The notes: generated by a model not told the origin, from the sequence alone. A stretch of DNA of 64,000 nt from Dehalococcoidia bacterium (GCA_022450525.1 JAKUQA010000006.1:912-64911), one strand, 5' to 3'. Positions 1 to 10,532 are shown, counted from the stretch's first letter. Numbers and translations: made by a program.

Positions 1-1
1 T

Positions 2-412
2 GATGGTTCCAGAATTCGTTTAACGGGTGAGGGTGATGTTGGGGATGCAGGCCAACCAGCCGGTGATTTATATATACTTTTACAAGTTTCTAATCATAAA
101 CTATTCAAACGTGAAAACTTTAATTTACTTTATACCTTAGATCTGTCATTCCCACAGGCTGCACTTGGTACACAAGTTAAAATTCCAACATTAGAGAAGA
201 CTATAGATTTAAAAATAGATCCGGGTGTTCAAACCGGTAGTTTGTTTCGCATTAGAGGCGAAGGTGTGCCAATCTTGAATAGAAAAGGACGAGGTGACCT
301 TCTTGTTGAAATAGTTTTAAGCACACCTAAAAAACTAAACAAGGAAGCAAAGGAATTATTTAAACAACTTGCTGAGCATCTTGATACACCTCTCGATTCA
401 AAAGAAGGCTAA
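2..412 (+). CDS. dnaJ: DnaJ co-chaperone, C-terminal fragment (N-terminus lies upstream of window)
   Basis: Frame is open from the window edge to TAA at 410-412. Translation DGSRIRLTGEGDVG..GDLYILLQVSNHKLFKRENFNLLYTLDLSFPQAALGTQVKIPTLEKTIDLKIDPGVQTGSLFRIRGEGVPILNRKGRGDLLVEIVLSTPKKL matches conserved DnaJ C-terminal domains. It is missing from the ORF track only because no start codon lies in the window. Confidence 0.85.
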   Translation, partial: DGSRIRLTGEGDVGDAGQPAGDLYILLQVSNHKLFKRENFNLLYTLDLSFPQAALGTQVKIPTLEKTIDLKIDPGVQTGSLFRIRGEGVPILNRKGRGDLLVEIVLSTPKKLNKEAKELFKQLAEHLDTPLDSKEG

Positions 413-414
413 AT

Positions 415-1323
415 GTGGCATCAGTATCAAAAGAATGGATTGAGTTAACAATTCAGACAAAAGATGAACTCATAGAGCCTCTTACTGAACTTTTACGAAA
501 ATATACACTTCCATTTGCTGTCGTATTATATGATAAAGGAGAACGAATTTCAGAAATCTTTCAGGTTTCTGATCTCATACGTGTCTATACATATATTCCT
601 GTTGATTCTAAGTCTCAAAATATACGCGAAATGGTAGATGTTGGTTTAAAAGTTCTCAGTATAATTCACGAAACTATAATTATAGATGAAAAACATGTTA
701 ATCAAGCTTATTGGGAGCAGATATGGAAAACTCATTTTTCAATATTGCCGATACTAGATAAACTCGTTATTAAACCTGTTTGGCAAGAATTAGATGATAA
801 AGATGATCGTATAGTAATAAATTTAGACCCTGGTATGGCATTTGGTACAGGTCATCATCCAACAACAAGGATGTGCTTAGAAGAACTTTCCAGACAAGAA
901 TTAACCGGGAAGTCGATACTTGATATAGGATCAGGTTCTGGAATTCTTTCTATTGCAGCAGTTAAATTGGGTGCTTTATCTTGTATTGGTATAGATATTG
1001 ATGAAAATGCAATCGATTCAGCACTCAACAATATAGAAATGAATGGTGTATCAGAAAATATAACTCTACAAACTGGAGTTTTAGACGATCTCGATAGTAC
1101 ATTTAAATATGACGTAATTGTTGCAAATATCACAGCACAAATAATTATTAATTTAGTACCTTCTATAGGTTCGTATTTAAAACCTAATGGAATAGTAATT
1201 ACATCGGGTATTTTATCAGAACTTTTTCCTGAAGTTGAAAATACATTTAATCAATTAGGATTTCAATGCAGCAGTATTATTAATTCAGGAGATTGGTCTC
1301 TCGGTGTATTTTCAATTACTTAG
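415..1323 (+). CDS. prmA: Ribosomal protein L11 methyltransferase
   Basis: 302 aa. DPGMAFGTGHHPTT and DIGSGSGILSIAA (SAM-binding) motifs. GTG start 2 nt after the dnaJ stop, the classical dnaJ-prmA arrangement. Confidence 0.9.
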   Translation: MASVSKEWIELTIQTKDELIEPLTELLRKYTLPFAVVLYDKGERISEIFQVSDLIRVYTYIPVDSKSQNIREMVDVGLKVLSIIHETIIIDEKHVNQAYWEQIWKTHFSILPILDKLVIKPVWQELDDKDDRIVINLDPGMAFGTGHHPTTRMCLEELSRQELTGKSILDIGSGSGILSIAAVKLGALSCIGIDIDENAIDSALNNIEMNGVSENITLQTGVLDDLDSTFKYDVIVANITAQIIINLVPSIGSYLKPNGIVITSGILSELFPEVENTFNQLGFQCSSIINSGDWSLGVFSIT

Positions 1324-1961
1324 ATACTAAAGAACGAGTATATAAAATATATTCCCATTAAGAAGAGAAATATTCCACATGATAACAAAAGGTAATGATA
1401 AATTTTATTTGATAAGAATTTGAACCCAGACACCAATATTAGTGATACAGCAGTGTACCAAACAATATCAGCTAATATATGTCCAATATACATACTGGTA
1501 ATACCCAAAATACCGTGATCAGAGGAGTTTATAATTAGGGTAGCCCCTATAGTCACCCACCAAATAAACCAATAAGGATTACTCAAACTAACTAATGCCC
1601 CTTGAAGAAGTAAAGTTTTAGAATTTAGATTTGATGGTTCTTTTGTATCGTTTATATTGACTTCTTTATTAGAAATTATTGTTTGTATACCTAATATTAC
1701 AAGCATTATCCCACCAAATAAACTAATAGTTTTAGCTATAAAATCTGAATTTAATAATTGATTTATACCTATAGAAATACCAATAACAATAAATAATTCT
1801 AGGATAGAATGGCCTATGGCAATCAGGGGACCTGCCTTCCAACCATTTTGTAGTGTTTCTTTGATACTCAATGCTAGTAAAGGACCTGGTGAAGCTGCTC
1901 CTGAAAATCCGATTAGAAGTGATCCAAAGAATATAGTCACTATTACAAATTGATCTTCCAT
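1320..1961 (-). CDS. LysE/RhtB-family amino-acid exporter
   Basis: 213 aa, multi-pass hydrophobic protein. N-terminal GAASPGP motif typical of LysE-type translocators. Confidence 0.65.
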   Translation of the reverse strand: MEDQFVIVTIFFGSLLIGFSGAASPGPLLALSIKETLQNGWKAGPLIAIGHSILELFIVIGISIGINQLLNSDFIAKTISLFGGIMLVILGIQTIISNKEVNINDTKEPSNLNSKTLLLQGALVSLSNPYWFIWWVTIGATLIINSSDHGILGITSMYIGHILADIVWYTAVSLILVSGFKFLSNKIYHYLLLSCGIFLFLMGIYFIYSFFSI

Positions 1962-1964
1962 ATC

Positions 1965-2975
1965 TTATTCAGCGGTGAGTTCTCTATCCATTAATGCAGA
2001 AAATGCATCCATTGGGGAAAGGTTTTCAAATATAATTTGGTAGACCATAGAAGTGATTGGCATTTCTATATTTTTTGATAGAGATATCGAATATATTGCT
2101 TTTGTAGTATTTATACCTTCTGCAACGTTTGTCATATTGTTGGTTATGGAATCAATATTATTACCCATTGCCAGTTGTTCTCCAACATATCTATTTCGAC
2201 TGTAGTCACTTGATATAGTAGTCATAAGGTCTCCAATGCCTGCGAGGCCATAAAACGTTGTTTCTTGGGCATTATAGGCCATTGCAAAGCGTTTTATTTC
2301 TGCAAGACCTCTTGTAACAAGAGCAGATTTAGCATTATTACCAAAATTTAATCCATCTACTATTCCTGCCCCTATGGCAATTATATTTTTAAGTGAACCA
2401 CATAATTCTACGCCCGTAACATCCGAACTTCTATAGACGCGAAATGTTTTGGTAGTGAGCATATTTTGTATATCTTGTGCAGTTTCACTATTTAGGCTAG
2501 CTATTACGGAAGAGGCAGGAAGGCCATTTGCAATTTCCTTTGCTAGATTAGGACCAGATAAAACTGAAAATGTGTTATTTTGATTATAGCTAATATATTC
2601 AGCCGCAACTTCACTCATACGTTTATTAGTTTTAATTTCTATACCTTTTGTTGCGCTAATAATAACCTGATTATCATTAAGATAATTTATAAGATTAATC
2701 ATGTTATCTCTGAAACTATGAGATGGAACAGCAAGTAGAATATATTTAGAATTTTTTATACAAGATTCTAAATCATGATTGATCGTTATACTTTTGGGTA
2801 AAGTGATACCTGGTAAATGTTTTTTATCTTCTCTGTCGTTTCGAATTGATTGGGCTTCAATTTCAGTTCTGGTCCAAATATCTACAGGTGTATTTTTATT
2901 GGCAAGTAGGCAAGCAAGCGTTATTCCCCAACTTGTTGTACCCATAACAGTTACCTTATTTTGCATACTTGTCAC
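1965..2975 (-). CDS. gpsA: NAD(P)H-dependent glycerol-3-phosphate dehydrogenase
   Basis: 336 aa. N-terminal Rossmann segment (VMGTTSWG), LSGPNLAKEIA and GLAGIGDLMTT motifs. 4-nt overlap with upstream plsY. Confidence 0.9.
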   Translation of the reverse strand: MTSMQNKVTVMGTTSWGITLACLLANKNTPVDIWTRTEIEAQSIRNDREDKKHLPGITLPKSITINHDLESCIKNSKYILLAVPSHSFRDNMINLINYLNDNQVIISATKGIEIKTNKRMSEVAAEYISYNQNNTFSVLSGPNLAKEIANGLPASSVIASLNSETAQDIQNMLTTKTFRVYRSSDVTGVELCGSLKNIIAIGAGIVDGLNFGNNAKSALVTRGLAEIKRFAMAYNAQETTFYGLAGIGDLMTTISSDYSRNRYVGEQLAMGNNIDSITNNMTNVAEGINTTKAIYSISLSKNIEMPITSMVYQIIFENLSPMDAFSALMDRELTAE

Positions 2976-3592
2976 AGTTTTTCTCCAAATTTATTTTCAT
3001 TACCCTTTAATAATCTTCCGATATTTTCATGATGTTTAACTACTAATAACGGACCCACAATTAAAGCGTAAAGATAATTATAGTCATTTATAACTGAAAT
3101 AGATTGAACAACAAGGATTATCATTGCAGTTATTGCTCCAAGTATAGAACCTAGAGATACATATCTTGTGATAAATAAAATTGGTAAAAACGTTAAAATG
3201 GCGGCTAACGCTGAAAGAGGATTTAAAACTGTAGCTATACCTACAGCAGATGCAACACCTTTACCTCCCTTGAATCCAGCGAAAATAGGCCAATTATGTC
3301 CAAAAATGATGGCGATTCCACATATAGCTATAAGAATGGCATTGTTTGAGTTAATATCCTCTATGAGCATTAGGTAAAAGATCGGTATAGCTCCTTTTAG
3401 GAAGTCTAATATTAGTACTAATATTGCTGATTTTGTACCAAGTATTCTTAAAGCATTAGTAGCTCCAGTTGACTGGCTTCCATGTTTTCTTATATCTATC
3501 CCTGCTTTTAGTTTTCCAATGATTAAACCGACTGGAATACTGCCTATGAGATAAGAAACCGGTACCATAAGTAATAGTATTTGTTGATTCAT
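2972..3592 (-). CDS. plsY: Acyl-phosphate:glycerol-3-phosphate acyltransferase PlsY
   Basis: 206 aa membrane protein with all three PlsY motifs: GSQSTGATNALR, LDFLKG, GHNWPIFAGFKGGKG. Confidence 0.9.
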   Translation of the reverse strand: MNQQILLLMVPVSYLIGSIPVGLIIGKLKAGIDIRKHGSQSTGATNALRILGTKSAILVLILDFLKGAIPIFYLMLIEDINSNNAILIAICGIAIIFGHNWPIFAGFKGGKGVASAVGIATVLNPLSALAAILTFLPILFITRYVSLGSILGAITAMIILVVQSISVINDYNYLYALIVGPLLVVKHHENIGRLLKGNENKFGEKL

Positions 3593-3601
3593 TTTATAAC
3601 C

Positions 3602-4906
3602 TTAGTAAAAAATTAAATTAAGGTGTGTCCATTGAAAATCCAATTCTTTTCGCATTTGATTTTCAATATATCGTTTATAAGAAAAATGTATTAGATTTGT
3701 ATCATTAACCTTAAATTTGAAAGTTGGTGGATTTATATTGTCTTGGATAACACTTCTAATTACTAAAGACCGTTTACCTTTATGTGGTATTTGATGAGAA
3801 CCAACAATATCCCATATTAAATTAGATAACATTGATGGCTCTATTCTTCTCATTCTTTCTTCATGAATTATTAAAACAGTATCTAAAATATCATCGATAC
3901 CAGTATTTTCTTTAGCAGATATAAAAAAGATAGGTGCATAGGGTGCAAAACCAAAATGGGTATTTACTGCATATGATAGTTCATTTTTTTCTTCATCTGA
4001 AAGTAATTCAGATTTATTTACTGCAATGATTACACCTTTATATGATTCGATTGCAAGACCAGCAACATGAGTATCTTGGGCGGTAATAGGTTCTTCAGCA
4101 TCGAGAAGTATACAGACTATATTCGATCTTTCTATTGCTTGCTCAGATCTAATAACAGAAAATTGTTCGATTCCAGGTTCTACTTTACCTCTTCTTCTAA
4201 TACCAGCGGTATCAATGAGGTTTATAGATGTATTTTTGTATTCAAATAAAGTGTCTATTGCGTCACGGGTAGTACCGGGAATAGGAGAAACAATTGATCG
4301 AGATTCTTGTGTTATGGTATTAACTAATGTTGATTTTCCTACGTTTGGACGCCCTATTATTGAAAGTGATATAGATGAATGATCAAAATCATTGTTGGTT
4401 TCATTCTGCGGCACTAATTCGGCAATCGATTGTTTTAAATCATTAATTCCGTGGTTATGATAAGCACTTATAGATATAGGAGATCCAATTCCTAGAGAAT
4501 AAAATTCATTTGATAATAATTCTGATTTTGGTGTGTCTGCTTTATTTGTAATTAAGATTATTGGTGTTTTAGTTTTTCTTAGTACATTAGTTAGATCTTG
4601 ATCAATTGGTGTAGGACCTTCATTAACATCAGTCACAAATAGAATTACAGAGGCTATATCTATAGCAAATTCAGCTTGTGATTGAATTTCTGATTGTAAT
4701 ATATCAGAATTGGCTGAAATGCCAATTCCACCAGTATCTGTTAGTAAAAATCGTTTATTTTCAATAGTTACCGGTGTAGTTATACGATCTCTTGTCGTTC
4801 CGGATTCTTCTGCTATAACAGCAACCTTTTTACCAGCTAGACGGTTAAAGAGTGTAGATTTCCCTACATTAGGCCTTCCTACTATAGCTACAATTGGAGT
4901 GTTCAT
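3602..4906 (-). CDS. der: Ribosome-associated GTPase Der/EngA
   Basis: 434 aa. Two tandem GTPase domains, each with a GRPNVGKST P-loop and DTGG/DTAG, plus a C-terminal KH-like domain. Confidence 0.92.
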   Translation of the reverse strand: MNTPIVAIVGRPNVGKSTLFNRLAGKKVAVIAEESGTTRDRITTPVTIENKRFLLTDTGGIGISANSDILQSEIQSQAEFAIDIASVILFVTDVNEGPTPIDQDLTNVLRKTKTPIILITNKADTPKSELLSNEFYSLGIGSPISISAYHNHGINDLKQSIAELVPQNETNNDFDHSSISLSIIGRPNVGKSTLVNTITQESRSIVSPIPGTTRDAIDTLFEYKNTSINLIDTAGIRRRGKVEPGIEQFSVIRSEQAIERSNIVCILLDAEEPITAQDTHVAGLAIESYKGVIIAVNKSELLSDEEKNELSYAVNTHFGFAPYAPIFFISAKENTGIDDILDTVLIIHEERMRRIEPSMLSNLIWDIVGSHQIPHKGKRSLVIRSVIQDNINPPTFKFKVNDTNLIHFSYKRYIENQMRKELDFQWTHLNLIFY

Positions 4907-4920
4907 ATTATTAATCTCTA

Positions 4921-5808
4921 TTATTTAAATAAATATTCCATTGCTGCTCTTTGGGCATGAAGTCTGTTTTCTGCTTGGTCAAAAACCACTGATTTTTTGT
5001 GATATAACAGATCTTGGGAAATTTCTTCACCATGATGTGCTGGTAGTGGATGCATTAATATTGTGGTATCTTTTGCCGAGTCCAAATCCTTTTCACTTAT
5101 TTGATATTTTTGAAAAGCATTTTTTCGGATTTCTGATTCTTCTTCTTGTCCCATACTTGTCCATGCGTCTGTATATATAACGTCTGCAGCCAACATAGCT
5201 TTTTGAGGGTTTATTTCATGAATTATAGACTTATTAATCATTTCGTCACTAATTGTTAATTTATATTCTAGTGGAGATGAAGAAATAAAAGGCATTCCCA
5301 TATGATAAGCACCACAAGCTAAACTTCGAGCAACGTTATTACCATCACCAATATAGGCAATCGTTATATCTTTCAATGTGCCAAATTTTTCTTGTATTGT
5401 TACTAAGTCAGCAAGAGTTTGGCATGGGTGTTCTTCATCTGACAAAGCATTAATAATAGGAATTGTTGAATATTTAGCAAATTCAGTGAGTGTACTATGT
5501 GCAAAAGTACGTGCAATAAATGCGTATACATATCGTGATATCACATTAGCAACATCTCTAATTGGTTCTCTTGAACCGACACCAATGTTGTCCTTGTCGA
5601 GATAAACAGTAGTGCCGCCTAATTGTTTTACCCCGATTTCAAAGCTTAGTCGAGTTCGCAAGGAGGGTTTTTCAAACCAGATTCCAACGGTTTGATTTTC
5701 TAATAAATTGTTGAAAGGCATAGGTTTGCTAGAAATGGCACGAGTAATTATCGATGATATTTCAGAACCATTTAAATCATTAATACTGAGCAGATGTTTT
5801 ATTGACAT
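4921..5808 (-). CDS. argF: Ornithine carbamoyltransferase
   Basis: 295 aa. Contains SLRTR (carbamoyl-phosphate binding), HPCQ, DAWTSMG and HPLP motifs. DxWxSMG favours OTCase over ATCase. Confidence 0.8.
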   Translation of the reverse strand: MSIKHLLSINDLNGSEISSIITRAISSKPMPFNNLLENQTVGIWFEKPSLRTRLSFEIGVKQLGGTTVYLDKDNIGVGSREPIRDVANVISRYVYAFIARTFAHSTLTEFAKYSTIPIINALSDEEHPCQTLADLVTIQEKFGTLKDITIAYIGDGNNVARSLACGAYHMGMPFISSSPLEYKLTISDEMINKSIIHEINPQKAMLAADVIYTDAWTSMGQEEESEIRKNAFQKYQISEKDLDSAKDTTILMHPLPAHHGEEISQDLLYHKKSVVFDQAENRLHAQRAAMEYLFK

Positions 5809-5987
5809 TTTTTAACCTTTATAAAGTCATAGAAATTATAACCATGAGACAATAAGTATTTAGTTTAATAATTCTTTTGTCAAATGTGCTCTTTATCATA
5901 GCGAACCTATATATAAGTTAGATTTAATTTTTGTTATGATTATCAAACTTATATTAGAAGTTATAGGTTTAGTCGAAGGAGAATATA

Positions 5988-6329
5988 ATGGCAAAAAAAA
6001 GATGTTTATTAGAAATGGGAATGGGCACTGATCTACATGGTAAAGACTATACAAAAGCTGCACAAAGAGCAGTACGAGATGCATTATGGCATAATAGTGT
6101 TTCTTTTCCAGGCATTTTTGCTGATGGTGCTAATTCAATGTATGTAGATGTTACAATTGCTGTCCCTGAACCAGAGCAGGTCAATGGAGATGAAGTTTTA
6201 TCAGTATTACCATATGGAATGAAATCAATTAATGTAGTACAAGGTGGATTAAACGTTCCTAGTCCAGATGGAAGTGACGTGACAATCATTGCTAATGCAG
6301 CAGTTATTGTTAGCTTAGAAGTAGAATAA
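5988..6329 (+). CDS. Small conserved protein, Lin0512-like family (function unknown)
   Basis: 113 aa. N-terminal LEMGMGTDLHGKDYTKAAQRAVRDAL resembles my recollection of the Lin0512 family. A good GGAG SD lies upstream. Confidence 0.45.
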   Translation: MAKKRCLLEMGMGTDLHGKDYTKAAQRAVRDALWHNSVSFPGIFADGANSMYVDVTIAVPEPEQVNGDEVLSVLPYGMKSINVVQGGLNVPSPDGSDVTIIANAAVIVSLEVE

Positions 6330-6356
6330 TTACTTACTTAATGTCAGGGGTTTGAT

Positions 6357-6770
6357 ATGTCATATATGATTAATCATATACACATAAAAACAGATGATCC
6401 AGATAAAGTTGCAGAATGGTATGCAGAAGCATTTGGTTTTGAAATTATAAGTAGACGAGTAAGGGATTTTAACTCTAAATTAATGGATTATTTTATTGTT
6501 ACTCAATCTAGGGATGGGACTAGAGTTAATATATCAGGTGCTAGATCAAATGAAACACTACCAGAGATTGGTTCTGGTGTACATGAGGGGCTTGAACATT
6601 TTGGTATAACAGTTCCTAACATCAATGAAGAACTTGAAAGATTACAAAAATTAGGTGCGGTAGTTTTAGAACAACCCATAGAAACTCCTGAAGGTGCCTT
6701 TTTGGCTTTTATACAAACACCGTATGACAAGTCTCGAGTAGAGATAGCTCAAGTTCCAGATTCAATATAA
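6357..6770 (+). CDS. VOC (glyoxalase/bleomycin-resistance/dioxygenase) superfamily protein
   Basis: 137 aa. INHIHIKTDDPDKVAEWYAEAFGFE start and a later EHFGI segment are typical of paired beta-alpha-beta-beta-beta VOC modules. Confidence 0.65.
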   Translation: MSYMINHIHIKTDDPDKVAEWYAEAFGFEIISRRVRDFNSKLMDYFIVTQSRDGTRVNISGARSNETLPEIGSGVHEGLEHFGITVPNINEELERLQKLGAVVLEQPIETPEGAFLAFIQTPYDKSRVEIAQVPDSI

Positions 6771-6778
6771 TTAGTCTG

Positions 6779-7951
6779 TTATTTATCCCAAAGGTGCTCT
6801 CTCAAAGCATCTTCATTCAAGTCTGTTCCCCATCCTATTCCGGAAGGTGTTTTCATGTATCCATCAGTAATTTCAGGAACATTTGTAACTAAATCGTCTT
6901 TCCATGAGACTTGATCGACATCAATTTCCATAATTTTTATGTTTGGTAAAACAGCACATAAACTTGCGCTAATAAAGCTTGAAAGGTGACTGTAATAATT
7001 ATGTGGTGCAACATTAAACTGGAATGTTTCTGCTAAGTCTCCTACTTTCTTACCTTGAGAAAAGCCCATCCATGGTACATCAATCATAAATATATCTGCC
7101 GATCTTGCTTGGAAATATGGGAGGTATTCCTGCATAAATAATAAATTTTCTCCTGAGCAAATAGGTATATTAATTGAATCTTTTAATTCACGTAATGCGT
7201 CAGGTTGATACATATCAATTTCAAGCCACATAAGGTTATACTTTTCTACCACGTCAGCAATACGTTTGGCACTTTCGGGTTTTACATGAAAATTAAGATC
7301 TAAATTAATATCTATATCTTCTCCAACCGCATCTCGGAATGTTCCTATTTGATTATCAAGATGCGTTAAAATATCTTTTGGAATTACACCATCAGTGCTG
7401 CCTATTGGACCTGCAAATCCACCACCCCAAGTTTGAGCAGGTTTACCAGGGATAATGATATTTGTTTTAAGGGCCGTATATCCTTTTTCAATAACTTCTT
7501 TTCCAAGGTTATAAATATCCTTGAGGGATTCTAACGGTGGCGTATTACATAGTTCGTAATTTCTTGCACGATATGTTCCACAATGTGACCAATATAGTCG
7601 TATATTTTCTCGAGTTGGTCCTCCAAATAATTCAACTACAGAAATATTTAAAGCCTTAGCTTTAATATCCAGCAGGGCTAACTCAATTCCAGATATAGCT
7701 TTGTATGCTATTCCACCCCTACTTTGTATAGAAATCCGTTTTAAGTCTAATAAAAGCATTTCAAATGAACGAGGATCTTTGCCAATTAATAGCTTTGAAA
7801 AATCTTCAATAGATCCTACGACTCCATGTGGCTGTCTCGTTTCAGTACATTCTCCGTATCCAGTTATTCCTTCATCAGTTTCAATTTTTACAAATAAAAA
7901 TGGCCACCATCCAGAATCGACTAAAAATGTTTCTATATTTGTGATTTTCAT
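6779..7951 (-). CDS. Enolase-superfamily enzyme (mandelate racemase / muconate lactonizing / acid-sugar dehydratase type)
   Basis: 390 aa. MKITNIETFLV capping-domain start, and length and organisation typical of MR/MLE-family dehydratases. Substrate cannot be assigned. Confidence 0.75.
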   Translation of the reverse strand: MKITNIETFLVDSGWWPFLFVKIETDEGITGYGECTETRQPHGVVGSIEDFSKLLIGKDPRSFEMLLLDLKRISIQSRGGIAYKAISGIELALLDIKAKALNISVVELFGGPTRENIRLYWSHCGTYRARNYELCNTPPLESLKDIYNLGKEVIEKGYTALKTNIIIPGKPAQTWGGGFAGPIGSTDGVIPKDILTHLDNQIGTFRDAVGEDIDINLDLNFHVKPESAKRIADVVEKYNLMWLEIDMYQPDALRELKDSINIPICSGENLLFMQEYLPYFQARSADIFMIDVPWMGFSQGKKVGDLAETFQFNVAPHNYYSHLSSFISASLCAVLPNIKIMEIDVDQVSWKDDLVTNVPEITDGYMKTPSGIGWGTDLNEDALREHLWDK

Positions 7952-8060
7952 ATTTGTACTTTTCTTCCTATATAAAAATTTATGATAATGAGTATAATAT
8001 ACAAACTTACCCGGAAGATGAATATAGTTATTCTTAATTATATGAGATAAGGAGATAGAA

Positions 8061-9119
8061 ATGCCTTTAATAAACCATAATGACTTAAGAAATTTTATTT
8101 CACAATTAATGCAATCATATGGAGCAAGTGAAGATGAGGCTACACTTATTTCAGAACACTCCGTTGAAGCTAATCTGGTTGGCCATGATTCTCATGGAGT
8201 AATTCAAATTCCTACTTATATAGATCGAATTCAACGTGGACATATTAAGCCAGGTGCAGAAATAGAAGTAAATAATGAATCTCGCACAACAGCACGAATC
8301 AATGGGAATTGGGGATTTGGGTATTATGTATCTGATTTTGCTATGAAATTGGCAATAAAGAAAGCTCGTCAAGATAATATAGCTGCTATTACCGTAGTGC
8401 AACAAAGTCATGTAGGAAGAGTAGCAAGTTATCCACTTATGGCTGCAAAAGAAGGTATGATAGCTATTATGACCGCAGATTCAGGTAGAGGGCCTAAAAT
8501 GGTTGTTCCATTTGGGGGTAAAGAAAGAAAATTAGGCACTAATCCTATCTGTATTGCATTTCCAAGTAATCTTGAAGGAACCATGTTTGTAGATATGGCT
8601 ACATCATCAGTTGCTGCAGGTAAAATCAATTTAGCTAGAAGTAGAGGAAAAGATATTCCATTTGGTTGGATATTGGATAAAGACGGAAATCAAACAAATG
8701 ATCCAAATGATTTTAGTCAGGGTGGTGCAATTTTGCCCTTAGGAGCTGATCAAGGTCACAAAGGATATGGTCTTTCTGCTGCTGTTGAAACTTTTTCTGG
8801 AATACTCACTGGTTTAGGATTTGGGGTTTCAAAAGATGGAATTCATAACGATGGTTGTTTAATGATTGTAATGAATGTTGAAGCTTTTAGAGATCTCGAA
8901 GTTTTTAAACAAGAAGTCACTGATTTTGCTTTGGATTTAAGTTCCACTGAAGTAGCTTCGGGCTATGATCGGGTTTATTATCCTGGTGAAATTGAGCATA
9001 TTACTAAGCAAGATCGTATGCAAAACGGAATATTTGTAGAAGATACTACAGTTGCTAATATCAATAAATTTGCTGATGAATCTGATATTAAAGGTAATTT
9101 AGATACTTTTTTACATTAA
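8061..9119 (+). CDS. Ldh_2-family (malate/L-lactate dehydrogenase-like) NAD(P)H oxidoreductase
   Basis: 352 aa. GHDSHGV motif and overall pattern of the Ldh_2 family, which includes ureidoglycolate dehydrogenase and pyrroline/piperideine-2-carboxylate reductases. Confidence 0.7.
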   Translation: MPLINHNDLRNFISQLMQSYGASEDEATLISEHSVEANLVGHDSHGVIQIPTYIDRIQRGHIKPGAEIEVNNESRTTARINGNWGFGYYVSDFAMKLAIKKARQDNIAAITVVQQSHVGRVASYPLMAAKEGMIAIMTADSGRGPKMVVPFGGKERKLGTNPICIAFPSNLEGTMFVDMATSSVAAGKINLARSRGKDIPFGWILDKDGNQTNDPNDFSQGGAILPLGADQGHKGYGLSAAVETFSGILTGLGFGVSKDGIHNDGCLMIVMNVEAFRDLEVFKQEVTDFALDLSSTEVASGYDRVYYPGEIEHITKQDRMQNGIFVEDTTVANINKFADESDIKGNLDTFLH

Positions 9120-10532
9120 TTATAAAGTTGGTTTCATCTTATTCCATTCAGTGTTGGATTCGAATATATGAGCTATCTGTAAAATTGTCATTTCATCAAA
9201 ATGTTTTCCAACAATTTGAAGTCCAATTGGTAACCCTTTTGTATCGAATCCACAAGGAACACTTATAGCTGGCAATCCAGATAAGTTAAATGGTGAGGTA
9301 AATTTTGTTAACAATGATTGTATGGTAACTTCCTCATTATTAATAGTCGTAGTGGTTTGACCAATTTCTGGTGAACATATTGGTTCAGTAGGTGTTATTA
9401 AGGCATCTACAGTTGACATACAATCAACCATGCGGCCAATAAATTGTCTTCGTAACCGTTGTGCTTGAATATAATTTACTGCTGGAATAAATACACCAGA
9501 TTCGAGTCTTGCTCTAACATCAGGTGCTATTCTATCAATATCATTTCGTAACCTGTCTTGATGAAAAGCTACTGCTTCAGGATTGATAATATTTGTTTGA
9601 ATTTTACCTGCCTCTTCCGGAGTAGGGATATCTACTTCTACTACAGTGAAACCAAGCTTTTTCAGCGTTTCTATTGCTTCATTTACTTTTGTTTCAACCT
9701 CCGAGTGAATATTAGTAAAATATTGATTTTTGGGAATACCTATTGTAAATTTTCGAGTTTCTTCATCGAAAGCTTTAGAAAATTGAGGGACATCTTTTGT
9801 GGAAGAGGAATCATCATTAATATCAAACCCGGACATTACTTCAAGCATATAAGCACAATCTTTTACACTTCTTGTCATTGGGCCTGCAGTATCTAGAGAC
9901 CATGATAATGGAGTTAATCCATATCTACTAATTCTCCCATACGTTGGTTTTATGCCAACAATTCCACATACTGCAGATGGAATTCTAATTGATCCTCCTG
10001 TATCTGATCCTGTAGCACCTGGGATCATACCTGATGCAACGGCTACTCCAGAACCACTACTTGATCCTCCTGGAATATGAGATGTATTCCATGGATTTGG
10101 AGGTGTTCCAAAATCAGAATTGGTTCCAAATGCACCAAACGCAAAAGGGTGCATATTTAGTTTTCCAATAATAATTGAACCTGCATCAATTAATTTTTGG
10201 ACACTAGTTGCATTCTTGTTTGATTGATAATCTTTGAAAATAACACTTCCTGAAGTTGTAGGCATATTATCGGTTTCATACAAGTCCTTTAGTCCAATGG
10301 GTATACCATGCAGTGGTCCTTTATAGTTCCCTGATGATATTTCTTTTTCGATACTATGGGCTTCTTTTATACTCTCTTCTTCAGCTATATATAAAAACGA
10401 TTTATTTGCGGGATTCAATTTTTTAATTGTTTTCAGTAGTTCTTGTACAATTTCAATTGGTGAAAGTTTTTTTTCACGAATATTTTCTGATAATTCAGAA
10501 ATTGTCATAAAATTAATAGAATTATTCGACAT
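9120..10532 (-). CDS. Amidase-signature family amidase
   Basis: 470 aa. Gly/Ser-rich amidase signature GGSSSGSGVAVASG...GSDTGGSIRIP. Confidence 0.85.
   Translation of the reverse strand: MSNNSINFMTISELSENIREKKLSPIEIVQELLKTIKKLNPANKSFLYIAEEESIKEAHSIEKEISSGNYKGPLHGIPIGLKDLYETDNMPTTSGSVIFKDYQSNKNATSVQKLIDAGSIIIGKLNMHPFAFGAFGTNSDFGTPPNPWNTSHIPGGSSSGSGVAVASGMIPGATGSDTGGSIRIPSAVCGIVGIKPTYGRISRYGLTPLSWSLDTAGPMTRSVKDCAYMLEVMSGFDINDDSSSTKDVPQFSKAFDEETRKFTIGIPKNQYFTNIHSEVETKVNEAIETLKKLGFTVVEVDIPTPEEAGKIQTNIINPEAVAFHQDRLRNDIDRIAPDVRARLESGVFIPAVNYIQAQRLRRQFIGRMVDCMSTVDALITPTEPICSPEIGQTTTTINNEEVTIQSLLTKFTSPFNLSGLPAISVPCGFDTKGLPIGLQIVGKHFDEMTILQIAHIFESNTEWNKMKPTL

Noticed and set aside
855-1133. Numerous 60-110-aa ORFs in the track lie antisense to or out of frame within strongly supported genes. 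Examples: 855-1133, 2779-3039, 6047-6289, 13193-13456, 23187-23417, 33123-33528, 41001-41321, 44882-45139, 46154-46468, 54469-55072, 56254-56538.
   Set aside because: Each is fully embedded in a longer gene with clear family motifs. Their translations are low-complexity with no recognisable motifs. These are typical shadow ORFs.
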